The notes below the pieces were generated by a model. It made no database searches and was not told the DNA's origin. It saw only the letters and a list, made by a program, of their open reading frames with translations. From an uncultured beta proteobacterium (GTDB lineage: Bacteria; Pseudomonadota; Gammaproteobacteria; Burkholderiales; Rhodocyclaceae), in NCBI GenBank assembly GCA_903886975.1, contig CAISOB010000056.1, positions 4,935 to 68,934 of the forward strand: a stretch of DNA of 64,000 nt, given 5' to 3'. This document shows positions 10,113-18,048 of the stretch, one piece after another (within the stretch, counting starts at the first letter, position 1; each line of letters begins with the position of its first letter). Position numbers and translations under genes: made by a program.

Positions 10113-10856
10113 TCAGGGCTTGAGCGACAGTGCGTCACGCAATTGCGCGGCGGTCAGGGCCTTGCCGAACACCGGCATGCCTGGATCGAATTCGCGCGCC
10201 CGCGCCAGCGGACCGACGACGACGGGCTCGAATCCCGCTTCCTGCACCAGTTTGACGGCGCTGGCCAGGGCCTCGCCATCGTCGCTGGCGAGCGGGATCG
10301 CGACGCGCTCGCCGGCGCGGTGCGCTTCGCTTTGCAGCATGCGGTAGCCGACCGAGTTGAACGCACGCACCAGGCGCGCCCCCGGGAGCAGGCGCGCCGA
10401 ACTGATTCCCGCACCGGCGGCCTTGGCCTCGTTCGCCATGTCGCCGTCGCGCTGCGGAATCGGGTTGCAGGTGTCGAGCACGACCTTGCCGCGGATCTCG
10501 TCAGCAAGATCGCGCCCGAGTTGCGGCAACGCGGCGTAAGGCACCGAGATCAGCAGGACCTCGCCGTAAGCCGCGGCCTGCTTCGGCGTTCCGGCATGCG
10601 CGCCGGCGCCCAAGCGCGCGGCCAATGACTGGTCGTAAGCCAGGTCGAGCGAGGAAAACATCACTTCGTGGCCGGCTTTGAGCCACAGCTCGCCGAGCGT
10701 ACCGCCGATGTGCCCCGACCCGATGATGCCGATTTTTGCGCCCGACACGTCGGCGGCGCCGGCGCTGCGCGTCATGAGCCCCAGGCCAAGTCCGGCCACG
10801 CCGGCGACGACAAGGAAGCGGCGCCGGTTGATGTTTGTGAATGCATGCTTGTTCAT
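10113..10856 (-). CDS. NAD(P)-dependent oxidoreductase (F420:NADPH oxidoreductase-like family) with Tat signal
   Basis: NRRRFL twin-arginine motif and hydrophobic stretch; Rossmann IGIIGSGHIG; DTCNP and VRAFN motifs. Confidence 0.88.
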   Translation of the reverse strand: MNKHAFTNINRRRFLVVAGVAGLGLGLMTRSAGAADVSGAKIGIIGSGHIGGTLGELWLKAGHEVMFSSLDLAYDQSLAARLGAGAHAGTPKQAAAYGEVLLISVPYAALPQLGRDLADEIRGKVVLDTCNPIPQRDGDMANEAKAAGAGISSARLLPGARLVRAFNSVGYRMLQSEAHRAGERVAIPLASDDGEALASAVKLVQEAGFEPVVVGPLARAREFDPGMPVFGKALTAAQLRDALSLKP

Positions 10857-11084
10857 CGCGGTCCTCCAGAAGTAATTCTGACCAAAGTCTCAGCGGGTCG
10901 AGGGCTGCCGCCGCAGCGCTACTCCCGCCGGGCCACCAGCGCCCGGCGATTAGAGTTTCATCATAATTCCGATTGAAAGCGCAGAGCAAGCTTGCGACTT
11001 GCCAGCGAATTAACCATAATGAATCAAGGGAATTAGACCAAATTGCCGCAGCCTCGGAAAACGCGTCTTCGCAGGTGGCAAAAG

Positions 11085-11726
11085 ATGAAGAGAGAGCAGT
11101 TGCAGGACAGGCTTTACGATCTCATACCGCTTTTCTATATCGGCGTCGGGTTGATCACGCTGGGCGCTTTGCGCAGCGGTCTGGCAATCGTCAGCGGGCT
11201 GGCCTTGCTTTCAGCCGGGTGGCTGGCGTGGTGGCTGCCGCAACACGAGCGCCAGGCCTACGAGGCGCAACACAAGGCTGGCGCCGATCGGAGCGACGAG
11301 CCGGCGCCGATCAAGTGGCAGAAATCGTACGAGACCGGCCACCCGGTCATCGACACGCAGCACCGGCGGCTGTTCATCCTCGGCAACGCATTGATCAACG
11401 CTGTGGCGTCAAAACTGCCGCATTCCGACCTCGAATGGCTGATCGACGAACTGATCGATTACATCACCCGGCATTTTTGCGCCGAAGAGTCGGCGCTGAC
11501 CGCGATCAACCATCCGAGTTTCACCGAGCACCAGGCACTTCACCGCGCGCTGCTCGCCAAGGCGCAGCAGATGCACGACCGCTTCCATCGCAGCGCGACG
11601 ATTTCCCCCGAGTTCCTGGACTTTATCGCACACGACATCATCGTCGATCATCTCTGCAAGGAAGTTGCCGAGTTTCGCGCGACCCTCGAAGCGGCGCCCG
11701 AAACGAAAGACATTACCGGTAGCTAG
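11085..11726 (+). CDS. Hemerythrin-domain protein with N-terminal transmembrane segments
   Basis: Two hydrophobic helices, then W..SYETGHPVIDTQH, HFCAEE, EHQALH and DHL. Confidence 0.85.
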   Translation: MKREQLQDRLYDLIPLFYIGVGLITLGALRSGLAIVSGLALLSAGWLAWWLPQHERQAYEAQHKAGADRSDEPAPIKWQKSYETGHPVIDTQHRRLFILGNALINAVASKLPHSDLEWLIDELIDYITRHFCAEESALTAINHPSFTEHQALHRALLAKAQQMHDRFHRSATISPEFLDFIAHDIIVDHLCKEVAEFRATLEAAPETKDITGS

Positions 11727-11783
11727 GCAAGAACTGGGCAAAGGTGTAGCGTCGCCGGACGCATGCGGCAAAAAGGCCCCCCA

Positions 11784-12464
11784 ATGACGCGCTTCATTCT
11801 GCTCGCGCTTCTCGCCTGCGGACTTGCTTTGCCGGCCGCTGCCGACGATTGGCCCGCGCTCAAGGTTGGCGCGCAAACGGTCTGGGACGCGCAGTCCGAT
11901 CCGGCGACACACACCCGCTTCATTCCAATGCAGTTGATCGTTCCCGGCGTGTGGGACGGTTCGCAACGCATCGAGTTGCCGCCCGCGCGCAACTACGAAG
12001 CCGAGGAAACGGTGTGGAACGGGCCGCAAGCGTGGACCAACCCCTATACCGGCGAGACGCTGCAGGTCTATGACCGGCAACGGACGACGCGGCGCGAAGG
12101 GCACGTCGAACAGAAGATGGCGTTGCGCGCCGATCAGGCAGCCATCGGCCGCGTCTACGATTCGCGCTTCGGCGCATCGGTCTGCGATCAGGAAGCGAAG
12201 TTTCCGCTCGGCTTCTGGAAGCAGGGTGAAGTCCGCACTTACGACTATGTTTGTCTGCGGACTGTCGACGGTCGCGTGCTCAGCCTGCACCGGCGTGCGC
12301 GCATCACGATCGAGGAAATCGACTACGAATACCGCGGCATGGCGCACAGCCTGCGCTTCGCCTGGTATTACACCGACAGCGACAGCGGCGAGGTGCTCGA
12401 TCATCGCACCTACATCTTCGCGCCGGGGCCCGGGCTCGTCGTGCACGACCGGCGCTGGCGATAG
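11784..12464 (+). CDS. Secreted hypothetical protein
   Basis: Signal peptide MTRFILLALLACGLALPAAA; backbone-like codon usage; no family recognised. Confidence 0.7.
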   Translation: MTRFILLALLACGLALPAAADDWPALKVGAQTVWDAQSDPATHTRFIPMQLIVPGVWDGSQRIELPPARNYEAEETVWNGPQAWTNPYTGETLQVYDRQRTTRREGHVEQKMALRADQAAIGRVYDSRFGASVCDQEAKFPLGFWKQGEVRTYDYVCLRTVDGRVLSLHRRARITIEEIDYEYRGMAHSLRFAWYYTDSDSGEVLDHRTYIFAPGPGLVVHDRRWR

Positions 12465-12472
12465 GGCTTCGG

Positions 12473-13816
12473 TCAGTTCGCAGGAAACCCTGGCTCTTGC
12501 CGAGATCCGGCGCGCGGGAACACGACCCGCGCGAGCAAGCCGCCCGAATCGGAATTGGCAAGTTCCACCACGGCACCGTGCCGGTCGGCAATCGTGCGCA
12601 CGATCGACAGGCCGAGGCCGCTGCCGATGATCCCCTTGTCATCATCACTGCTGCGCCGGTAAAAGCGGTCGAAAACACGCGCGCGCTCGGCGGCGGGGAT
12701 GCCGGGGCCGGTGTCGGCGACTTCGAAATAGGCTTGGCCGTCGCGCACGCCGCAGGCCACATCGACGCGGCCGCCGGCGGGCGTATAACGCAACGCATTG
12801 GTGACGAGATTGGATAGCAGGATGCGCAGCGCGTCGGCGTCACCCGACACCTGCGCGGCTTCGTCGGCCTGCGTCACGCCGAGATCGATGCACCTAGCGC
12901 CGGCCAGCGGCGCGAGTTCGACGACGACATTGCGCGCCACTTCGGCAAGGGCTACCTGCGCCTTGCGATATTCGGCAGCGCCGGGCTCATGACGGGCCAG
13001 GGTCAGGAGTTGCTCGACCGCATGCGTGCTGCGCAAGAGGCCGCTCCTTAGTTCGGCAAGCGCCGCCGTCCTGTCGGCTTCGCTGCTGGCGCGCTCGACC
13101 AACTGCAACTGCAGCTGCAGCGCGGTGAGCGGCGTGCGCAGTTCGTGCGCGGCGTCGGCGACGAAGGCACGCTGCGCCGCGAGCGCGGCCTTGAGCCGGG
13201 CCAGCAAATCGTTGAGCGACAGCGCCAGCGGTTTGACTTCTTCAGGAACGTCGCCGACGGCAAGCGGCGTCAGCGAGTCGGGGGTGCGCGCCTGCACCGA
13301 TCGTGCGAGCTGCGCCAAGGGCCGCAAGCCGCGGCTGACCAAAAGCCAAATCAGCAAGGCCAGTGCCGGCAGCAGAACGAAGAAGGGCTTGAGCGTACTC
13401 CACGCGGCGTCGGCCGCAAGCTGATTGCGCACGCGCATCGGCTGCGCGACGGCGATCGTCAGACCGTGGTACTGCAGGGCGAATACCCGCCAATCGCCCT
13501 CGCTGCTCGCCGAGGTCGAATAGCCGAGGCGCGTGAGTTCAGGCAGCGACTGGTGCGGCCGCGAATAATAGACCTTGAGCCCGGAGAGGTCCCAGACCCG
13601 AATCACGTAGTCGAGACTCTCGTCGCTGGCCAGTGCCTCGGCCGGCCCCTGGAAAGTCTGATCGCGCAGCGACAGCGCGATCTGCTGCAGCTGGTAATCG
13701 AACAGCGAACCGGCCTCGTCGCGCGCCGCCCGGTAAGTGGCCCAGCCGCCCAGCAGCATCACCACGGTCATGGCGACGAGCAGGGCGAAGAGCAAATGGC
13801 GGCGTATTGAATTCAT
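12473..13816 (-). CDS. Sensor histidine kinase (QseC/PmrB-like)
   Basis: Two TM segments, HAMP, H-box DAAHELRTPL, NLVTNALRY, DTGPGI and GSGLGL; overlaps the regulator stop (ATGA). Confidence 0.95.
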   Translation of the reverse strand: MNSIRRHLLFALLVAMTVVMLLGGWATYRAARDEAGSLFDYQLQQIALSLRDQTFQGPAEALASDESLDYVIRVWDLSGLKVYYSRPHQSLPELTRLGYSTSASSEGDWRVFALQYHGLTIAVAQPMRVRNQLAADAAWSTLKPFFVLLPALALLIWLLVSRGLRPLAQLARSVQARTPDSLTPLAVGDVPEEVKPLALSLNDLLARLKAALAAQRAFVADAAHELRTPLTALQLQLQLVERASSEADRTAALAELRSGLLRSTHAVEQLLTLARHEPGAAEYRKAQVALAEVARNVVVELAPLAGARCIDLGVTQADEAAQVSGDADALRILLSNLVTNALRYTPAGGRVDVACGVRDGQAYFEVADTGPGIPAAERARVFDRFYRRSSDDDKGIIGSGLGLSIVRTIADRHGAVVELANSDSGGLLARVVFPRAGSRQEPGFPAN

Positions 13817-14475
13817 GACTGCTGCGGCACCAGATAGCCGACGCCGCGCACATTGCGTATCCATTCGGCACCGAGCTTGCGGCGCAAGGAATGGATATAG
13901 ACTTCGACCGTATTGCTCTCGATTTCCTCTTCCCAGCCATAGAGTCTATCCTCGAGCTGGGTGCGCGACAGCGGCACGCCCGGCTGTTCGAGCAGCGCGT
14001 GCAGCAGCGCAAATTCGCGCGCTGAAAGATTGACCGGCGCGCCGTGCAGCAGGACTTCATGCGTCGCGGGATTCAGGGTCAGCGCGCCGTTTTCGATCAG
14101 CGGCGATGCCCGACCCGCCTGCCGGCGCAGCAAGGCGCGGATGCGCGCCGACAGTTCATCGAGGTCGAAGGGCTTGACCAGATAATCGTCAGCGCCGGCG
14201 TCTAAGCCCTTGACCCGGTCGGCGACCGCATCGCGCGCCGTGATCACCAGTACCGGCAAGGCCAGGCCCCTTCGGCGCAGGCCAGCGAGCAGTTCGAGCC
14301 CGCTCTTCTTCGGCAAACCGAGGTCGAGCAGGATCATTTCATGCACGCCGCCCGCCAATGCCAGCTCGGCTGCCGCGCCGTCGCGTACCCAGTCGACCGA
14401 ATAGCCTTCCTGGCGCAGGCCGCTCTGCACACTGGCGCCTATCATCGCGTCATCCTCGACGAGCAGCAGGCGCAT
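13813..14475 (-). CDS. OmpR-family response regulator (QseB/PmrA-like)
   Basis: LLVEDD, LLDLGLP, GADDYLVKPF and RNVRGVGY motifs. Confidence 0.96.
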   Translation of the reverse strand: MRLLLVEDDAMIGASVQSGLRQEGYSVDWVRDGAAAELALAGGVHEMILLDLGLPKKSGLELLAGLRRRGLALPVLVITARDAVADRVKGLDAGADDYLVKPFDLDELSARIRALLRRQAGRASPLIENGALTLNPATHEVLLHGAPVNLSAREFALLHALLEQPGVPLSRTQLEDRLYGWEEEIESNTVEVYIHSLRRKLGAEWIRNVRGVGYLVPQQS

Positions 14476-14666
14476 CTATTTGCCTCATACCGATCTTTCG
14501 CTCACGCCTAAAATGACGCGACCACTAGCCTCTGTTATAGCGGATTTTGTCAAGCCGGCGCAATGCCCAGGCAATATAAAGATCGGGGCCAGGCGCAAGA
14601 AACGGATGGCCAAGCCCATTCTTCGTAGGAACAATGGCAGCCGTAGCAAGCCAAAAGCGATTCATC

Positions 14667-15554
14667 ATGGACATTGCGAGCCTCTTTCGACTCTTTCTGC
14701 TGGCCGCCATCTGGGGCGGTTCATTTCTCTTCCTGCGCGTCGGCGCACCGGTTTTCGGCCCGCCGGCGCTGATCGCCCTGCGCGTCGGTATCGCCGCTGT
14801 CTTTCTGTGGCTGACTGGTTTGTGGCTGAAAAGGCGTCTCGAATTTGCGCGCCACTGGAAACACTACCTGATCATCGGCCTGCTCAATTCGGCGCTGCCC
14901 TTCCTGCTCTTTGCTTACGCTGCGCAATCGCTTTCGGCGTCATTGCTATCTATTCTGAATGCGACGTCGCCGCTGTTCGGCGCGCTCATCGCGGCGCTCT
15001 GGTTGCGCACGACGATTACGCCATCTGTCGCGGTCGGCCTGATTCTCGGCCTGGCGGGCGTTGTCCTGCTGGTCGGCAAGGGCGTCGCGCTGGCCGGGCA
15101 GGCGGGATGGCCGGCTATTGCCGCCGCGCTGATTGCGCCCCTGTCCTATAGCGTCGCCAGCACCTATACCAAGGCGAGACCGACATTGGCGACATCGGCC
15201 ACGCCCTTCGCCAACGCCCACGGCAGCATGTGGATGGCGACCCTGCTCGTTCTTCCCCTGCTGTTCATCGCGCCGGTCCGGCAAATGCCGCTCGCCGGCG
15301 ACTGGGCGGCCGTCGCGACGCTCGCCATCGTGTGCACCGGCGCCGCCTACCTGCTCTATTTCCGGCTGATTCAGGACGTCGGGCCGACACGGGCGCTTTC
15401 GGTGACCTTTCTGATCCCGGTTTTCGGCGTCCTTTGGGGTGCACTTTTTCTTAACGAATCGATGGGCTGGGAAGCCCTTGGCGGCGGCGCGCTCGTCCTC
15501 ACCGGGATCGCGCTGACCAGTGGCTTGCTGAAATTGCCGCGCCGACCTCGATGA
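14667..15554 (+). CDS. DMT/EamA-family transporter
   Basis: About 10 TM segments; LAAIWGGSFLF and VTFLIPVFGVLWGALFLNE. Confidence 0.92.
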   Translation: MDIASLFRLFLLAAIWGGSFLFLRVGAPVFGPPALIALRVGIAAVFLWLTGLWLKRRLEFARHWKHYLIIGLLNSALPFLLFAYAAQSLSASLLSILNATSPLFGALIAALWLRTTITPSVAVGLILGLAGVVLLVGKGVALAGQAGWPAIAAALIAPLSYSVASTYTKARPTLATSATPFANAHGSMWMATLLVLPLLFIAPVRQMPLAGDWAAVATLAIVCTGAAYLLYFRLIQDVGPTRALSVTFLIPVFGVLWGALFLNESMGWEALGGGALVLTGIALTSGLLKLPRRPR

Positions 15555-15602
15555 ATGCCCTGGACCGGCCCGCGACCCGCCAAGGGAAACGCTAATTCAT
15601 TC

Positions 15603-15669
15603 GTCACACCGGAGAAAGCCGGTGTCCAGTTCATCGCCTTTACTGGATTCCGGCGTTCGCCGGAATGAC
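15603..15669. repeat. REP doublet, copy 2
   Basis: GTCACACCGGAGAAAGCCGGTGTCCAGT, 11-nt spacer, ACTGGATTCCGGCGTTCGCCGGAATGAC; between convergent genes. Confidence 0.9.
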
Positions 15670-15693
15670 GAGTTACCGCTTCATCAGCCATCC

Positions 15694-16002
15694 CTAGCGG
15701 AAAAATTCCTCGAGGCGCTCGAACACCGCATGGTCGGCGCCGTGCCGGCGCACGGCCAGGACGTCTTCGAGCTTTTCGAGCTGCCGGATCATCTGGTCGA
15801 GACGCGCATCTTCGTTGACCAGTAGCCAGATGCGGCTGGCTGCGCCGTCGCCGACCGGCATGACCAGGATGCCTTCGACGTTGAAGGCGCGCCGTGAGAA
15901 CAGGCCGACGACGTGCGACATCACGCCGGCATGGTTGTTCACATCGAGTTCGAGCACCGCGGCGCCGAGCGCCTGGTTTTCGCGTTGGGTGATTGAATTC
16001 AT
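15694..16002 (-). CDS. ilvN: Acetolactate synthase small (ACT) subunit, short IlvN type (102 aa)
   Basis: LELDVNNHAGVMSHVVGLFSRRAFNVEGI ACT motif; starts 2 nt after the ilvB stop. Confidence 0.9.
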   Translation of the reverse strand: MNSITQRENQALGAAVLELDVNNHAGVMSHVVGLFSRRAFNVEGILVMPVGDGAASRIWLLVNEDARLDQMIRQLEKLEDVLAVRRHGADHAVFERLEEFFR

Positions 16003-16004
16003 TT

Positions 16005-17687
16005 TCAGCCTCCGATCATGTCTTTGTTGGACGCACCCGGCGCGACCATCGGCAGGACCTGTTCGCCCTCTTCGATGCGCGCGTGGATCAGCACCGGACC
16101 GCGCGTGCCCAGCGCCGTGCGCAGCGCGGCGAGCGGCTCTTCGACGTGATTGAGGTCGAGCGTCCGCCAGCCGAAGCCTTCGGCGATGCGCACGAAATCG
16201 GGACCGGTCTGATATTTGGAGGCGAAGACGCGCTCGCCGTAGAACATCGTTTGCTGCTGCGTGACGAGGCCCAGCGAACCGTTGTTCATCAGCACCACCT
16301 TGACATTGACATCGAGTTCGGCGGCGGTCGCCAATTCCTGGATGTTCATCAGGATGCTGCCGTCGCCGGAAAAGCAGACCACCGTGCGCTGCGGTTCGGC
16401 GAGCGCGGCGCCGATCGCCGCCGGCAGGCCGAAGCCCATGGTGCCGAGGCCGCCCGAAGTCAGCCACTGGCGCGGCCGGCGCAGCGGATAGGTCTGCGCC
16501 ACGAACATCTGGTGCTGGCCGACGTCGGTGGTGATCGTCGCTTCGTCGTCGAGGCAGCTGGCGACCGCGTCGATCAGCCCGTAGGACGTGCGCGGATTGC
16601 CGATTCCCGGCGTGCGCAGCGGCTGCGCGGCTTTCACTTCGGCAACGCGCGACAACCAGGATTCGCGCAGCGTGGCTTTGACCCGCAGCAAGAGCTGATC
16701 GAGGCAGGCCTTGACGTCGCCGGTCACACCGATGTGGGCCGTCTTGACCTTGTCGAGTTCGGAACGATCGATGTCGATGTGAATGACTTTGGCGTGCGGA
16801 CAAAAGGTCGCCACCTTGCCGGTTGCGCGGTCGTCGAAACGCGCGCCGACGGCGATCAGCAGGTCGCATTCGTCGAGCAGCAGATTCGTGTAGCGCGCGC
16901 CGTGCATGCCCAGCATGCCGAGCGATAGCGCGTGATCGACCGGCATCGTCCCGAGCCCCATCAAGGTCATCACGGTCGGCAGGCTGGCCTTCTCGGCAAG
17001 TTCCACGGCCTGCCTGGCAGCGCCGGAATGCACGACGCCGCCACCGAGGTAAAGGATGGGCTTTTCGGCAGCGGCTATCATCGCCGCCGCGCGGGCCATC
17101 AGATCGGCGGCCGGCGGCGCGACCGCAGCGGCCACGCCCGGCTGCGGCCAGGTGCTGACCTCGATGCGCTGGTTCTGCACATCCTTCGGAATGTCGATCA
17201 GCACCGGGCCGGGGCGACCGGATACCGCGAGGCGGAAAGCGCGCGGAATGACCTCGAGCAGTTCCCCGGCCGAAGCCACGAGAAAATTGTGCTTGGTGAT
17301 CGGGATCGAGAGGCCATAGGTATCGACTTCCTGAAAGGCATCGGTGCCGATCATCGCGGTCGGGACCTGACCGGTGATCGCGATCAGCGGAATCGAGTCG
17401 AGCTTGGCGTCGGCGATGGCGGTCAATAGATTGGTCGCGCCGGGGCCCGAACACGACAGGCAGACCGCCGGCTGGCCGCTGACGCGCGCCATGCCCTGCG
17501 CGATGAAACCGGCGCCCTGCTCGTGGCGCGCGAGGACATGGCTGATCTGCGTCGATTGCGACAGGGCGTCGTAGACCGGCAGGATGGCGCCGCCGGGGAT
17601 GCCGGTGACGATACGGACGCCCTGCCTTTCGAGCAGGCGCACGACGATTTGCGCGCCGCTCAGGGTTTCGGTTTGATCGCTGGACAT
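16005..17687 (-). CDS. ilvB: Acetolactate synthase large subunit
   Basis: ARHEQGAGF, SGPGATN, GTDAFQE, TSGGLGTMGFGLP and TPP motif GDGSILMN...NN; SD GGAG upstream. Confidence 0.95.
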   Translation of the reverse strand: MSSDQTETLSGAQIVVRLLERQGVRIVTGIPGGAILPVYDALSQSTQISHVLARHEQGAGFIAQGMARVSGQPAVCLSCSGPGATNLLTAIADAKLDSIPLIAITGQVPTAMIGTDAFQEVDTYGLSIPITKHNFLVASAGELLEVIPRAFRLAVSGRPGPVLIDIPKDVQNQRIEVSTWPQPGVAAAVAPPAADLMARAAAMIAAAEKPILYLGGGVVHSGAARQAVELAEKASLPTVMTLMGLGTMPVDHALSLGMLGMHGARYTNLLLDECDLLIAVGARFDDRATGKVATFCPHAKVIHIDIDRSELDKVKTAHIGVTGDVKACLDQLLLRVKATLRESWLSRVAEVKAAQPLRTPGIGNPRTSYGLIDAVASCLDDEATITTDVGQHQMFVAQTYPLRRPRQWLTSGGLGTMGFGLPAAIGAALAEPQRTVVCFSGDGSILMNIQELATAAELDVNVKVVLMNNGSLGLVTQQQTMFYGERVFASKYQTGPDFVRIAEGFGWRTLDLNHVEEPLAALRTALGTRGPVLIHARIEEGEQVLPMVAPGASNKDMIGG

Positions 17688-17739
17688 GGTTTTCTCCTTC
17701 AAGCTGCTGCTGCGGTTGGCGGTTTGGCCGGGCGGAATG

Positions 17740-17774
17740 AAAAAACCCCGCTCGGTCTGCACCGGCGGGGTTTT
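17740..17774 (-). terminator. Attenuator intrinsic terminator upstream of ilvB
   Basis: Minus strand AAAACCCCGCCGGTGCAGACCGAGCGGGGTTTTTT: GC stem plus T6 between the leader ORF and the ilvB start. Confidence 0.88.
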
Positions 17775-17792
17775 GGAATCTGCTGTCGCTTC

Positions 17793-17954
17793 CTAAGCTT
17801 CGACTCGCTTCTTTCTCGACCTCGGCGGCGCATAGGCTACCCATACGATGCGTACTACACGTACCACGGGTGCTGCACCGACCCGAATGACGAACGCCGC
17901 CGCCATCGCGAGCGCGATAAGCAGGGTCAGGGCGTGAGCGTCAAATGAAGGCAT
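17793..17954 (-). CDS. ilvBN leader (attenuator) peptide, IvbL-like, 53 aa
   Basis: MPSFDAHALTLLIALAMAAAFVIRVGAAPVVRVVRIVWV...; 16 of 53 codons are Leu/Ile/Val, with five GTA codons in one cluster; stop lies 18 nt before the terminator. Confidence 0.8.
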   Translation of the reverse strand: MPSFDAHALTLLIALAMAAAFVIRVGAAPVVRVVRIVWVAYAPPRSRKKRVEA

Positions 17955-18048
17955 GGTCGACTCGTCAAGAAATGAAACGCGAAGCGCAATTAGAAACGAC
18001 TCTGGCGAAAAAAACAAGCCTTTATTAATCGGCGACCAGGGGCGCCGA

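Noticed and set aside
15694-17844. 716-aa ORF spanning ilvB and ending in ilvN (possible frameshift fusion)
   Set aside because: The first 614 codons are an alternate frame of ilvB with Arg/Ala-rich nonsense composition; ilvN has its own ATG at 16002.
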